A DNA stretch of 64,000 nt. Source: Candidatus Bathyarchaeota archaeon (GTDB taxonomy: Archaea > Thermoproteota > Bathyarchaeia > TCS64). Below, piece by piece: positions 19,955 to 30,135 of the stretch. The DNA lies in contig JASLYX010000001.1 in NCBI GenBank assembly GCA_030739585.1, forward strand, positions 372,452 through 436,451. Direction: 5' to 3'. The notes beneath the pieces are model-generated. The model saw only the letters and a list, made by a program, of their open reading frames with translations, ran no database searches and was not told where the DNA came from. Position 1 is the first letter of the stretch. The number at the start of each line of letters is the position of its first letter. Both the position numbers and the translations under genes were made by a program.

Positions 19955-20916
19955 AAAAACTGAATCGCGTTTTCGAGCCTGCTGAGCAGAACAATAGAGC
20001 TCAAGGGTTGCTCATCTATTATATTGTAGCCGGACTCTTTTGATAGTTTTTTAGCGAAAGATCGGATGTCTTTGTGCCACGCCATCTCGTTATATCCAAA
20101 GCGTTTCCTGGCGTAGCCTACTGACATTGCTGCCTTTGTCTCGATATAGGTGGGGTAAGAGACTTTTGCTATCTTCGCGTAGCCAACGGGGTTATGCATA
20201 TTGAGCTTGGGAATAAGGGTGTGCCGGATTACAGTAGGGCAACTAAAGCTCCTGAGGAGTTCTAAAGTTTCGTTGAGCCTTTTCCATCCATCCGATATCA
20301 ACGGTCTACAGGTCCGATTATAAGTCTCCTCATCGGGAGCGCAAACGCTGACATAAAGTTGGGTCGGCTCTGTTGAAAGCTTTGAAATTGCATTAGGGTC
20401 AAGACCGTTGGTCACGATGAATACTGACTTGAAACCATTATCGTAGAATGCCTCGATAAGCTCCCCTAGCCTGGGATAGAGTGTAGGTTCACCCTCAAGG
20501 CTTATTGCTGCATGGTATGGCTCATTGGCCTGCCTCCACATTTCACTTGTAACTTTTGGATTTCCCCCGAATCCACTGATAGCCTTTCTATGGGCCTCAA
20601 GACACCCTTCCACAATTGTTTCAGGGTCGCCAGACTCAGCAGCGGGGAATCTGGATTGATCCCATATTGCGCCTATGGTTTCTGGGGTGGCCCTCCAGCA
20701 AAATAGGCAGCTCTGTGTGCACCGGCCAAGGCTAGGGGTCATCTGAAGACACCTATGGCTGGGTACACCATAGAACCTTTGCTTGTAACAATGTTCCCGA
20801 CCCCCGGTTCTGAGGCTCTTTTTTGCCCAATGGCATATTTTAACAGCACTGTGGTTTCCCACCAAGCGGTACCCCTGGTGCTGGTAAAGTTTCTTTAGTT
20901 CCAATGGGGCGCTCAA
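19951..20916 (-). CDS. taw1: 4-demethylwyosine synthase (radical SAM, TYW1 family)
   Basis: HSAVKICHW, CYKQRFYG, CTQSCLFCWR, GEPTLY. Confidence 0.95.
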   Translation of the reverse strand: MSAPLELKKLYQHQGYRLVGNHSAVKICHWAKKSLRTGGREHCYKQRFYGVPSHRCLQMTPSLGRCTQSCLFCWRATPETIGAIWDQSRFPAAESGDPETIVEGCLEAHRKAISGFGGNPKVTSEMWRQANEPYHAAISLEGEPTLYPRLGELIEAFYDNGFKSVFIVTNGLDPNAISKLSTEPTQLYVSVCAPDEETYNRTCRPLISDGWKRLNETLELLRSFSCPTVIRHTLIPKLNMHNPVGYAKIAKVSYPTYIETKAAMSVGYARKRFGYNEMAWHKDIRSFAKKLSKESGYNIIDEQPLSSIVLLSRLENAIQFF

Positions 20917-21009
20917 ATCTACATCAGTATCCGCATAGATTCAAATCCTTTTCGTCGCCTGAGTAAGTGGGGTATTTCCTGTATCATTATCTCCCCTATT
21001 TAGCCCCCG

Positions 21010-21111
21010 TAGATGTTGCCTTTAGAGTGTCTGGGACGCAGCAAAAGGCGCGACCGCCCCAGAGGGTGCTCAGCATCAGACCCTCTGGGTTGCCTTGTAG
21101 CCTGACATCTA
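21010..21111. ncRNA. Candidate structured RNA (multi-stem), strand uncertain
   Basis: Perfect 10-bp stem 21058-21067/21080-21089, 7-bp closing stem 21010-21016/21105-21111, 6-bp stem 21018-21023/21044-21049. Confidence 0.4.
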
Positions 21112-21254
21112 TTATATTCATTGCACTTTTCACGCACGCGATTCGAATAATTTTCCTTAAGGCCTCCCTTGAGATCACTCATGACTATCAATCTTAGATG
21201 GGAGTTGTATATGTTTTTACTCTTTCCGAGTATAATAGCCCCCTTTTGCTGTCC

Positions 21255-22139
21255 TTATGCGATCTTATCTATATGGACCTTACCTTGAGCCGAAATCAAG
21301 GCTCTTGAGTGTCTAAGCGCCCAGCAACTTATAACCAATCCAACAGGGAGAGAGGCAGGATGTCTTGCAGCTATCTCGATGTGGAGGTCGAGGGCCGTCG
21401 GTCCTTCACCCAGTCCCATGACCCCTATTCCTAACTGGTTGACTTTTTCGAGGAGCTCATATTCTATTGCTGAAACATCGGGGTTCTCATTTCTCGATTT
21501 GAAAGGCTTCAGCAAAGCTTTTTTCGCTAGGGTCATGCAGAGGTCCTCTCCTCCCCCGATTCCTACACCGACAAAGTAGGGAGGGCAGGCTAGGGACCCT
21601 GCTTCTGCAAGGGCTTCTATAACGAACTGCTTGATCCCTCTCCATCCCTGACTAGGCTTGAGCATTCTATAAGCGGCTACATTGGTGCTTCCTCCGCCTT
21701 TAGGCATCACAATGATCTCTAAGTCTTCTCCAGGTACGAGGTCGATATAGATGATGGGCACGTGCCCATTGAGCCCGACGTTATCCCCTGTGTTTCCTTT
21801 GAATATGTCTACAGCGTTAGGTCGGAGGGGGACTATCTCCGTTGATCTACGAGTCGCTTTTATCAGCATCTCTTTTACCTTAGACCTGATGGGGAATCCA
21901 TCCCCCACATTGATTAGAAAAGCTATTATGCCCGTGTCTTGACACATCGGCTTGGATCTATCCTGGGCCAGAGTGATATTATCAAGGATGTTCATTATCT
22001 GGGCCCTTCCCACAGACCCAACCAAATCCTCCAGACCTTCCTTAATAGCCCTGATGTACTCAACTGGGAATTCGGTAGCCGCAATTCTTAGCAGCTCGAC
22101 AGTAGTATCCTCAACGATCTTTTCTAGAGCTAAACTCAT
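21255..22139 (-). CDS. Class I fumarate hydratase / tartrate dehydratase alpha subunit
   Basis: PMCQDTG, PKGGGS, ACPP, GVGIGG, CWALR. Confidence 0.92.
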   Translation of the reverse strand: MSLALEKIVEDTTVELLRIAATEFPVEYIRAIKEGLEDLVGSVGRAQIMNILDNITLAQDRSKPMCQDTGIIAFLINVGDGFPIRSKVKEMLIKATRRSTEIVPLRPNAVDIFKGNTGDNVGLNGHVPIIYIDLVPGEDLEIIVMPKGGGSTNVAAYRMLKPSQGWRGIKQFVIEALAEAGSLACPPYFVGVGIGGGEDLCMTLAKKALLKPFKSRNENPDVSAIEYELLEKVNQLGIGVMGLGEGPTALDLHIEIAARHPASLPVGLVISCWALRHSRALISAQGKVHIDKIA

Positions 22140-22735
22140 TCCTTCATCTCAGCTAAAATCTTTTTCATTCTTTTAGTTACTTTGGCATTGATCTCTTTAG
22201 TCACGTTCCTCCCGTGGCTATCAATTGTTACTATCATTGGACCAAAATTATCAACGTCGTAGACCCATAAGCACTCTGGCATACCTAACTCGTCGAGCCA
22301 GAAAACATCCCTCACTTTCTTGATCCCTCTAACTGCTAAAAGGGCTGCTCCTCCAGTGAAAGCGCCGTACACACATCCATGCTCTTGACATGCCTTAGAT
22401 GTTCGATCTCCCATGCCTCCTTTCCCTATGATGATAGCAGGGCGAAACGCTTCGATGAAATTGTCTTGGAAGATCTCCATTCTAGCAGATGTAGTGGGGC
22501 CTGCCGCGATAACGGTCCATTCCCCCGCTACCTTCTTCATTATGGGGCCGCAATGGAAAATGCCGATCCCTTCGAAATTGACAGGCAATCTTTCTCCTTT
22601 TTCGTTGAGCTCTAGAGACTTAAGATGTGCCTCGTCCCTTGCCGTGATGATTGTTCCCGTTACATAAATGAGATCTCCTATTCTGAGCTTCCTGATCTCG
22701 TCCTCTCTCACCGGCGTCTTGAGGTGATACTCCAT
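22136..22735 (-). CDS. Class I fumarate hydratase / tartrate dehydratase beta subunit
   Basis: TARDEAH, HCGP, GPTTSARM, GKGGM, LGMPE, DSHG. Confidence 0.92.
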   Translation of the reverse strand: MEYHLKTPVREDEIRKLRIGDLIYVTGTIITARDEAHLKSLELNEKGERLPVNFEGIGIFHCGPIMKKVAGEWTVIAAGPTTSARMEIFQDNFIEAFRPAIIIGKGGMGDRTSKACQEHGCVYGAFTGGAALLAVRGIKKVRDVFWLDELGMPECLWVYDVDNFGPMIVTIDSHGRNVTKEINAKVTKRMKKILAEMKE

Positions 22736-23092
22736 CTCTTGAACACTTTTCAATACTCGGATTAAATTAATTAAAAGTTCTAATAGGAGACCCTAGGCAT
22801 TTTTGTGTTATAGTAATAATTAAAATATTGCAGCAATTTACCTCTTAGGTATATGCCAGGCAAGTTGGAGCACTAAATCACGCGCGATGTTAACTGCATC
22901 ATCATGACTCAGCTAAGCTATATTTATACTTATAGGAAATTGAAGCGAATCTTCCAGATATTCCGCAAGATAGTTGAGGTTGAGAGCCTCCGATAAAATG
23001 AGGTCCGGAAAAACCTGAAAGAAGGTCTCGTTTCGAGCGCCAGTTCATAGTTCTTTTATATACATTTATCTTTGATCTGGAGGGATACTAAA

Positions 23093-24433
23093 ATGGAAGT
23101 CACAAAGGAAGATCTCATTACAAAAGCCTCCAAGTGGAGTAAGATCGCCCCGCCCTACCATGCATTCTACAGGGGAAAGGTTGAGGTTATGCCGAAGTGT
23201 GCTATCCGGAGCCTCCAAGACTTTTCTATCTGGTACACCCCGGGGGTCGCTCAGTCATGTAGGGATATTGAGAAAGATTTAGGGCAGGCCTTCGAGCAGA
23301 CAAGCAAATGGAACTACGTTGGAGTGGTTTCTGACGGGACACGGGTACTCGGACTCGGAGATATTGGGGCTCATGCAGGGATGCCTGTCATGGAGGGCAA
23401 GGCCCTCATCTTCAAATATCTTGGGGGAGTTGATGCTTTTCCCATCTGTCTCGCCACAAAGGACCCACAGGAGATCATCCAGGCCGTTAAGTGGCTGGAA
23501 CCCACCTTCGGCGGGATAAACCTTGAGGACTTTTCAAAGCCTAAGTGTTTCGACATTCTGGATACTCTCAGGAACGAGATGCCCATCCCTGTTTGGCATG
23601 ACGACCAGCAGGGAACCGCCGCCGTCGTCCTGGCAGGGGTAATCAATGCCTTGAAAGTCGTTGGAAAAAAGATGAGCAATGCCAAGTTTACCATCGTCGG
23701 CAGTGGAGCTGCTAATACTAGGTCCTTCTATATCCTAGAGTCCGCAGGAGTCAACCCTAAAAATGTAATCATTGTGGATAGCCGAGGAACGCTCCACCAT
23801 AACAGAGGAGATCTCAAAGGTACGTATAAATGGCCCATGACGCTCAAAACGAACCCTGACGGGATCGAGGGAGATAAAACGGAAGCAATGAAGGGAAGTG
23901 ATATCGTCATAGCCGCTTCTAGGCCTGGTCCAGGAGTCATCAAGCCTAATGAAGTAGCATTGATGGCCGACGACGCTATCGTTTTTGCCTGTGCTAACCC
24001 TATTCCAGAGATCTGGCCTTGGGAGGCTAAGGAATCAGGTGCTAAAGTCGTTGCAACGGGGCGTAGCGACTTCCCTAACCAAGTGAATAACAGCCTCGTT
24101 TTTCCCGCAATATTTAGAGGTGCTCTTGACGTTAGGGCAAAAACCATCTCAGACGAGATGTGCATTGCTTCAGCTATTGAGCTAGCCAAATATGCCGAGG
24201 ACAAAGGGATCAATGAAGAGTATATCCTCCCTACTATGAGTGAGTGGGAAATCTACCCCCGCCAGGCAGTAGAGACAGGTCTTACAGCCATCAAACAGGG
24301 ACTTGCAAAGAGAAAGTTAAGCAGGCAGGAACTCTATGAGCACGCTGATTATATTATTGGGAGAACCCATAAGATCGTTGAGCTCCTCATGAAACAGGGA
24401 TTCATCGAGGCTCCTCCCCCTGAGCCCGTGTGA
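23093..24433 (+). CDS. NAD(P)-dependent malic enzyme
   Basis: YTPGVA, VLGLGDIG, PVMEGK, GGINLED, HDDQQGTA, TGRSDFPNQVNN. Confidence 0.95.
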   Translation: MEVTKEDLITKASKWSKIAPPYHAFYRGKVEVMPKCAIRSLQDFSIWYTPGVAQSCRDIEKDLGQAFEQTSKWNYVGVVSDGTRVLGLGDIGAHAGMPVMEGKALIFKYLGGVDAFPICLATKDPQEIIQAVKWLEPTFGGINLEDFSKPKCFDILDTLRNEMPIPVWHDDQQGTAAVVLAGVINALKVVGKKMSNAKFTIVGSGAANTRSFYILESAGVNPKNVIIVDSRGTLHHNRGDLKGTYKWPMTLKTNPDGIEGDKTEAMKGSDIVIAASRPGPGVIKPNEVALMADDAIVFACANPIPEIWPWEAKESGAKVVATGRSDFPNQVNNSLVFPAIFRGALDVRAKTISDEMCIASAIELAKYAEDKGINEEYILPTMSEWEIYPRQAVETGLTAIKQGLAKRKLSRQELYEHADYIIGRTHKIVELLMKQGFIEAPPPEPV

Positions 24434-24491
24434 GCATGAATTTAAACACTAATATTTTTATCCTCCCCCTGTGGCATCTATTCGAATAAAG

Positions 24492-24704
24492 ATGCCATCA
24501 TATTGTACTGACTGCGGTGGTGAACTTATCTGGGACCGGAAGCAGAGGATGCACAGTTGCAAGAGCTGCGGTACAATGTTCACAGAATCTGAGTTTTCTG
24601 AAGCTATGGATAAGCGCTTTGAGAGGCCTGAAGATGACGAAGACAAAAGACGCAAACGCCACAGTGATTATCTTGATTGGTGGACAAGCAGCAAAAAAAA
24701 GTAG
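24492..24704 (+). CDS. Small zinc-ribbon protein
   Basis: CTDCGG and CKSCG knuckles, charged helix, YLDWW tail. Confidence 0.8.
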   Translation: MPSYCTDCGGELIWDRKQRMHSCKSCGTMFTESEFSEAMDKRFERPEDDEDKRRKRHSDYLDWWTSSKKK

Positions 24705-24831
24705 GATTTACCGTAAATTAAAAATCTGATCAACCCTGTATATTCTCTTTGTTCTAGAAAATATGGAAAGTTACCTCGAACGCTTAATAATCTGGATGAG
24801 AACTAGTTAATATATTACAGGTGTACAATAT

Positions 24832-25485
24832 TTGGTTTTCCCCGTAGAAAGTGAAGATAGAGCGCTCCGTAACATCCTTATGATCTGTCAGGATCACGCT
24901 AGACTTGTCGTTGAAATCTATCGCCGGGTCCTCGTGATGATAGATGGCCTAGTGAAACATAAGTATGGAGGCATAAAAGAGAGCGTTGATGGGGTTCAGA
25001 AGATACGATCTGAGGCAATAACTATTAAACTGGCCATCATAAAGGAGCTCCGCTCCTCAAGGACTCTCTTGTTTAACCGAGAGGATTTTTATCGCCTAGT
25101 TGTCAAACAGTCCGAGGTTATTGATCACGCAGAGTCAGTGGGGGTTCGCATTGGGGCAATAGGGGAGAATAACTGGAAGATCCCTTCCCAGATCGGTGTT
25201 AATCTCTTAGACCTAGCTGACGCCGCCTTCGATGCTCTTATCAAGCTCAGGGAAAGTCTCATTAGCCTTGGGTTCAACTCTGAGCGTTCCCTCATTCTAA
25301 CCAGCGAATTAGACGAACTAGAACGAAAGGTAGATGTGCTCTATAGAATCCTTGATCTCTCGATTATAACCAGTCAGGAAGAACTACCCCTTATATTTAC
25401 TCTCCGAGACGTTTCTATGAAGCTCGAAGAGATGATCGATGCTGCTGTCGAGGAGGCCGACCTCATCAGAATCCTCGCCCTCTGA
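24832..25485 (+). CDS. DUF47 / PhoU-like phosphate transport regulator family protein
   Basis: Duplicated helical bundle with FNREDF..L and E..VD.LYR. Confidence 0.8.
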   Translation: MVFPVESEDRALRNILMICQDHARLVVEIYRRVLVMIDGLVKHKYGGIKESVDGVQKIRSEAITIKLAIIKELRSSRTLLFNREDFYRLVVKQSEVIDHAESVGVRIGAIGENNWKIPSQIGVNLLDLADAAFDALIKLRESLISLGFNSERSLILTSELDELERKVDVLYRILDLSIITSQEELPLIFTLRDVSMKLEEMIDAAVEEADLIRILAL

Positions 25486-25486
25486 A

Positions 25487-26050
25487 ATGAATATCAAAAA
25501 TAACCTACTCGCCAGCGTAGAGGCCCTCATGGATGGTCGCTTGGTGGTATGGTCTCCACAAGAGAGCCGGAGTCTTTACGCCCACAATTTTTATGGTAAA
25601 CCATTGGGTATACCTAAACCTAAGGGAGACTTTAATGCACCTCTTATTCTTGATCCAATAGAAGGAATCTATCTCCTTGAAAGGATGATGATCTGCGTAT
25701 ATCGAGGAGATAGGGAAAACGAAGTAGGTTTAGATGAACTCATAAAGTCCGCATCTGGGATGCTTGATGGATTTAAAGAGAGATATCAGGTTTACAAAGT
25801 TTTGAGAGATAAGGGGTTCATTGTCACCCCTGGGATCAAGTACGGATGTGATTTTGCGGTGTACGAGAAGGGCCCAGGAATTGATCATGCTCCGTACATG
25901 ATCAAGGTAAAGCGAGAAGAGGAATGTCTTACAGCAGCCGAGATTGTAGAGGCAGGCAGGCTTGCAACCAGTGTCCGGAAAACGTTTATTATCGCTATGG
26001 TAGATGCTAGAGTAGTAAGATTTCTGAGCTTTAAATGGTGGCGACCTTGA
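25487..26050 (+). CDS. endA: tRNA-splicing endonuclease catalytic subunit
   Basis: GIKYGCDFAVY, DHAPY, GRLATSVRK (Tyr/His/Lys triad). Confidence 0.93.
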   Translation: MNIKNNLLASVEALMDGRLVVWSPQESRSLYAHNFYGKPLGIPKPKGDFNAPLILDPIEGIYLLERMMICVYRGDRENEVGLDELIKSASGMLDGFKERYQVYKVLRDKGFIVTPGIKYGCDFAVYEKGPGIDHAPYMIKVKREEECLTAAEIVEAGRLATSVRKTFIIAMVDARVVRFLSFKWWRP

Positions 26051-26141
26051 TGGAATCGAGTATATGCTCTGAAATCTTTTGAAAAATCTTTTTCGTGGAT
26101 ATCTGAAAAGTTCTATAAACGAGGAAGGCAATCAGAATTAA

Positions 26142-26756
26142 ATGGGGTTAGAGATGTTAGATCGCTTCGAAGGAAGGATTAACGAACTCGATTCGGTTGT
26201 CCGGGGGTTAGCCATTGATATAACAACAGGAACTGTGGTTGATCGAATCCCCCAAAAAAAATTATGGAAAAAGACTGGAGGAAGGATCAAGGTCGTCAGG
26301 GAGCTCGTTAAAGAACTCTGGGAATACCTCTCAATCCTAAAGCCCGAAAAAGTCCCTTCGATCCAGCGAAGAGTAACAAGTATTTTCGAGCGTCTTGATC
26401 TTTTCAAGGAATCTCTCCTCCAAAATGGCAGCGAGGAAGGGAGCGCAAAGGCATCAATCAACGAACTGAGGAAAGCTCTTGAAGAGATTGCAGAGTTCAC
26501 TTCCCTCTGCAGATCTATTCTAGATGATCCCTCTGAGATAATCCAGACTATCTTGGAGCTGAGAGCGAACCAACAGACTAACCGGCCTCCTATAACTCCC
26601 ACAAAGATGATTCGTCTAGGAAATCTGGTGAAAAACGCTCGGGATTCCAATGGAGAGATAGCTGACCTCGTGACTCTACTCCATGGGAAGCTAACTGAGG
26701 TCAAGGAGGAATACGACGAACTCTATTTTAGCCTCAGTAGAAACAAGGAAGGCTAA
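26142..26756 (+). CDS. Hypothetical alpha-helical protein
   Basis: 204-codon ORF with amphipathic helical composition; more plausible than the antisense ORF. Confidence 0.65.
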   Translation: MGLEMLDRFEGRINELDSVVRGLAIDITTGTVVDRIPQKKLWKKTGGRIKVVRELVKELWEYLSILKPEKVPSIQRRVTSIFERLDLFKESLLQNGSEEGSAKASINELRKALEEIAEFTSLCRSILDDPSEIIQTILELRANQQTNRPPITPTKMIRLGNLVKNARDSNGEIADLVTLLHGKLTEVKEEYDELYFSLSRNKEG

Positions 26757-26837
26757 AAATAAAACATTCTTGTTTAGTCAATCCTTGAGTTAAACCTTGG
26801 AGAGCTATTTTTAGAGACGCATAGTATTCAACTTAAT

Positions 26838-28436
26838 TCACTTTTTCCATTTAGCGTTTTTTTTCTCATTAGAAAGCCATCTCTTGATATTTTTTATATC
26901 GGTCTCTGTCTCCTTTGTTATATTGTTTCTCATCTTTTTCATCTCACGTTGCTTATATTTTGAATAGTTTTCAAGGCTCACGAAATCCTTTGCCTTCTTT
27001 TTAAAGGACATGTGTTTCAGATTCTTGAGCTTATCATTCGGGGATTTAAGTATCCAGGTGGAAAGATCTTTGTACATCGCCTCATTGATTCTGATCATAT
27101 AACTGAGGAGGGGCAGTATCTCATTTCGCACTTTGCTTAACGATGAATGGGTCTTAACAGATAGTCGCTTCGTGACGCTAATCATCCGCCTCCTAGATTG
27201 GTATGTTCTAATAAAACGCCACTTAGCTTGTGGTTCCCGATAATATGGTAGCATCCAAATGTTCTTGCTGTAAATCCAGCTGGCGCCCAGTTCACGAAAG
27301 TTAGTGTTAAGTTTTGTCCATATTTCCTTACCTAGCCAGCGGTTTGGCTTGAGCATGATCCCCTCAGGGACGTTAGTCGTTTTTATAATACTTGGATTTA
27401 AACCAGCACCCATAATTGCAACATCAAGTTGATCTTTGTATCCCTCACCTTTGCTGTTTTTTCTTGCAAATGTGATGCCTCCAGTCATGAGGTCAAAAAA
27501 GTACTTGAGTAGTCTATAATCAGTTTTCCTGGCTCGTTTCTGGTAAATGTCCGCGCGTGACAAAGCTTGCAGTGCCGTTAATCGCTCATATGGGTTATCC
27601 AAAACGATTGGTACATTTTCATAAATCCATTCATAAAGATCATCGTATTTGATCATGCTCTGATTTATCGTTCTTCGTGCTTTGCGAAAGTCAAATGATG
27701 TAAATATCTTATTGAGAATGTTTGGAGTGTAGTCCTGTCTGTCACGGTGCCCCATAACATCCAAGTCCTCTTTAGTGATAGTCTTCTTTCCGCTTGCTAT
27801 TGCTTCAAGGTCGTTTGTAGCGGATCGGAGATCTCCTTTACTATTCATGGCTATTTCCATGAGGACCTCTGGATGCACCCGTATACCTTGATCCTCTGAA
27901 ATATATTCAAGTTTTAATACTATTTGAGCAGAGCTGACGGGTTTAAATTCTATGCTCTTCGCCTTCTTGAGTATGGACCTAAACCGGACCTGCATATTTT
28001 CCTCAATAGTATTCGCTATTAGGATCATCGGACTTGTAGTCTGTTCAATGATCTTGGAGACCGCAGAGACTCCGCCCCTGTCTTGCTGACCACTGAGCCC
28101 ATCCATCTCATCCAAAATGACCATCCTCTTCTGCCCAAAAAGCGTCACATTCTGTTTTACTGCCTTTCCGAGGGTCTCTGTTATGCTTCCTTTGTTTCTG
28201 GTGTCACTCGCGTTGATCTCCACTAACCTAAAGTCGTGCTCCATAGCCAAAACTTGGGCGACGGACGTCTTTCCTATACCAGGTGGACCATAAATAAAGG
28301 CGGCTCTTTTCTTTGGAGTCTTTCTCAGCCAGCTTCGTATCCATTTCTCTAGTTCATTAACTGCCTTCTCGTTACCTACAAAGTCCTCCCTCTTTTTGGG
28401 TCTATATAATCTAGTCCAGGGCTTTGGGGTGGTCAC
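26838..28436 (-). CDS. rfcL: Replication factor C large subunit with an internal insertion
   Basis: W..LYRP, GPPGIGKT, EINASD, LDEMD, GDLRS. Confidence 0.93.
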   Translation of the reverse strand: MTTPKPWTRLYRPKKREDFVGNEKAVNELEKWIRSWLRKTPKKRAAFIYGPPGIGKTSVAQVLAMEHDFRLVEINASDTRNKGSITETLGKAVKQNVTLFGQKRMVILDEMDGLSGQQDRGGVSAVSKIIEQTTSPMILIANTIEENMQVRFRSILKKAKSIEFKPVSSAQIVLKLEYISEDQGIRVHPEVLMEIAMNSKGDLRSATNDLEAIASGKKTITKEDLDVMGHRDRQDYTPNILNKIFTSFDFRKARRTINQSMIKYDDLYEWIYENVPIVLDNPYERLTALQALSRADIYQKRARKTDYRLLKYFFDLMTGGITFARKNSKGEGYKDQLDVAIMGAGLNPSIIKTTNVPEGIMLKPNRWLGKEIWTKLNTNFRELGASWIYSKNIWMLPYYREPQAKWRFIRTYQSRRRMISVTKRLSVKTHSSLSKVRNEILPLLSYMIRINEAMYKDLSTWILKSPNDKLKNLKHMSFKKKAKDFVSLENYSKYKQREMKKMRNNITKETETDIKNIKRWLSNEKKNAKWKK

Positions 28437-29401
28437 CTTGACTCGTCCCTGACGAGTGAGAGGTGTGCCAGGAGGGTTGATAGCTGGATCTCAGGTCTGG
28501 ATCCTTGGGTCAACCGGAAATCTACCTCACCGATAATGTCACTTAATCTTACCTTCATTTGTTCAGTTAGAGATTTATGCCTCATCACTTCGCGATATGT
28601 TATTCGAATAATGTCTTCAGGAGCCAACCCCTGATTGATGAGGATCTCTCTCAACGCTTCACGACTCTCTAAGAACTTTCCGTCCATTGCAAGCTGAATC
28701 ATGGTCTGCACACGGTCTGGTCTTAGTCTTCCAAGGAGGCTGTACACAGAGATATCATCTACGAGTTCTCCGTTAGCTGAAACAGCCTGAAGCATGTTTA
28801 TGGCTTTCCTGAGGTCGCCTTCACTAGCTTGAAATATTGCTGCTAACCCTTCATCTACAACTTGCAGGCTTTCTTTTTCGGCGATAAACATGAGGCGGTC
28901 TCTAATATCCGATTCGTCTAGTGGTCCATATCTGAAAACGCTACACCTGCTTTGTATGGGGTCTATAATATTTTCGCTGTAGTTCCCTATGAGGCAGAAT
29001 CGGGCAGTTTTCGTGTATACTTCCATAGTTCGCCGGAGGGCATGTTGTGCGTCTCCGGTGAGATGATCCGCTTCGTCCATGATGATTATTTTGAAGCTGA
29101 CAGGGCTCACCATGGCGGCGGTCCTTGCGTAATTCTTGACCTTGTCCCTAATTATGTTTATTCCTCTCTCGTCGCTCGCATTGAGCTCTAAGACATAGTT
29201 CTTGTAACCCGGACCATAGAGGTCCCGTGCGAGAGCAAGAATGCTCGTGGTCTTCCCTACCCCCGCCGGTCCGACCAAGAGTAGATGAGGGATATTTTTC
29301 TCAGAAACAAAGGTTTTGAGCCTGTTTACAATATCCCGTTGGTTCACTATTTCGTACAGTGTCTGGGGCCTATACTTTTCTGCCCACATGCCGCCACTCA
29401 T
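28433..29401 (-). CDS. rfcS: Replication factor C small subunit
   Basis: WAEKYRP, GPAGVGKT, LNASDERG, DEAD, SRC; no intein. Confidence 0.96.
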   Translation of the reverse strand: MSGGMWAEKYRPQTLYEIVNQRDIVNRLKTFVSEKNIPHLLLVGPAGVGKTTSILALARDLYGPGYKNYVLELNASDERGINIIRDKVKNYARTAAMVSPVSFKIIIMDEADHLTGDAQHALRRTMEVYTKTARFCLIGNYSENIIDPIQSRCSVFRYGPLDESDIRDRLMFIAEKESLQVVDEGLAAIFQASEGDLRKAINMLQAVSANGELVDDISVYSLLGRLRPDRVQTMIQLAMDGKFLESREALREILINQGLAPEDIIRITYREVMRHKSLTEQMKVRLSDIIGEVDFRLTQGSRPEIQLSTLLAHLSLVRDESR

Positions 29402-29943
29402 GATAAAGCTCCCATCTAAAAAGGGAGCCCTAATGTATAAATCGTTTTTTTGTGAAAAGTATCCTTCCGACCTCAAATCTAAAGGCGTATCCCCTTTTCT
29501 GAATAGTGATTTCTTCCTAATTGAACTGGCTCACTAATTCCTTAGAGTTTGCTCTTTACTATCTTTTTGACCGTATCTGCTCGAGTAAAAGTTGCAATTG
29601 TCTTGATTTCCCCAATATTAACTGAGCCTTAGATGGTTTACTGGGTTACTCTCGTGCAAATGATGCCTTTCCTAGTCCTTTCAACTATTTCTTATGAGTC
29701 TAACCGCTGAGCTTTCAGGCCAAAAAGTAGATGCTCTCCATCTTGGCTTTTTCTCTAGTGCTTTCAATATTAGCTTGACAATCCTCTCCGGGACCCTCTC
29801 TCTAAGATTCATATTTTTCCCAAGAATCTTGAAGACTAATTCTCTGAATATTAACCTGTAGTTAAGATTTAACGCTCTTTAAAAAAATATATTGATTTTC
29901 AGATCGAAATATAATGGTAAATAGCTGTCACACGGAAGCGTTT

Positions 29944-30126
29944 TTATCGACTTATATAGGATTTTGTCCACTTTAACTTCCGGGGATCACGCCCAAGCTT
30001 TAAAGTGTTCCTTTTGCACTTACTCGAACAGAATCTTAGGACTCTGCCATCTCTCCGTACAAAGTTGATACCTGTCCCTGGAGCAATGTCGTAGCCGCAA
30101 AATGAGCATTTATAAACCTGGGGCAT
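29944..30126 (-). CDS. rpl24e: 50S ribosomal protein L24e
   Basis: CSFCG..I.PGTG, FCSSKC, PRKLKWT. Confidence 0.96.
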   Translation of the reverse strand: MPQVYKCSFCGYDIAPGTGINFVRRDGRVLRFCSSKCKRNTLKLGRDPRKLKWTKSYISR

Positions 30127-30135
30127 TTTGTCCAC

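Noticed and set aside
21003-21012. GCCCCCGTAG looks like a tRNA 5' start (split or permuted tRNA)
   Set aside because: No D-arm consensus, no matching acceptor 3' strand and no T-loop
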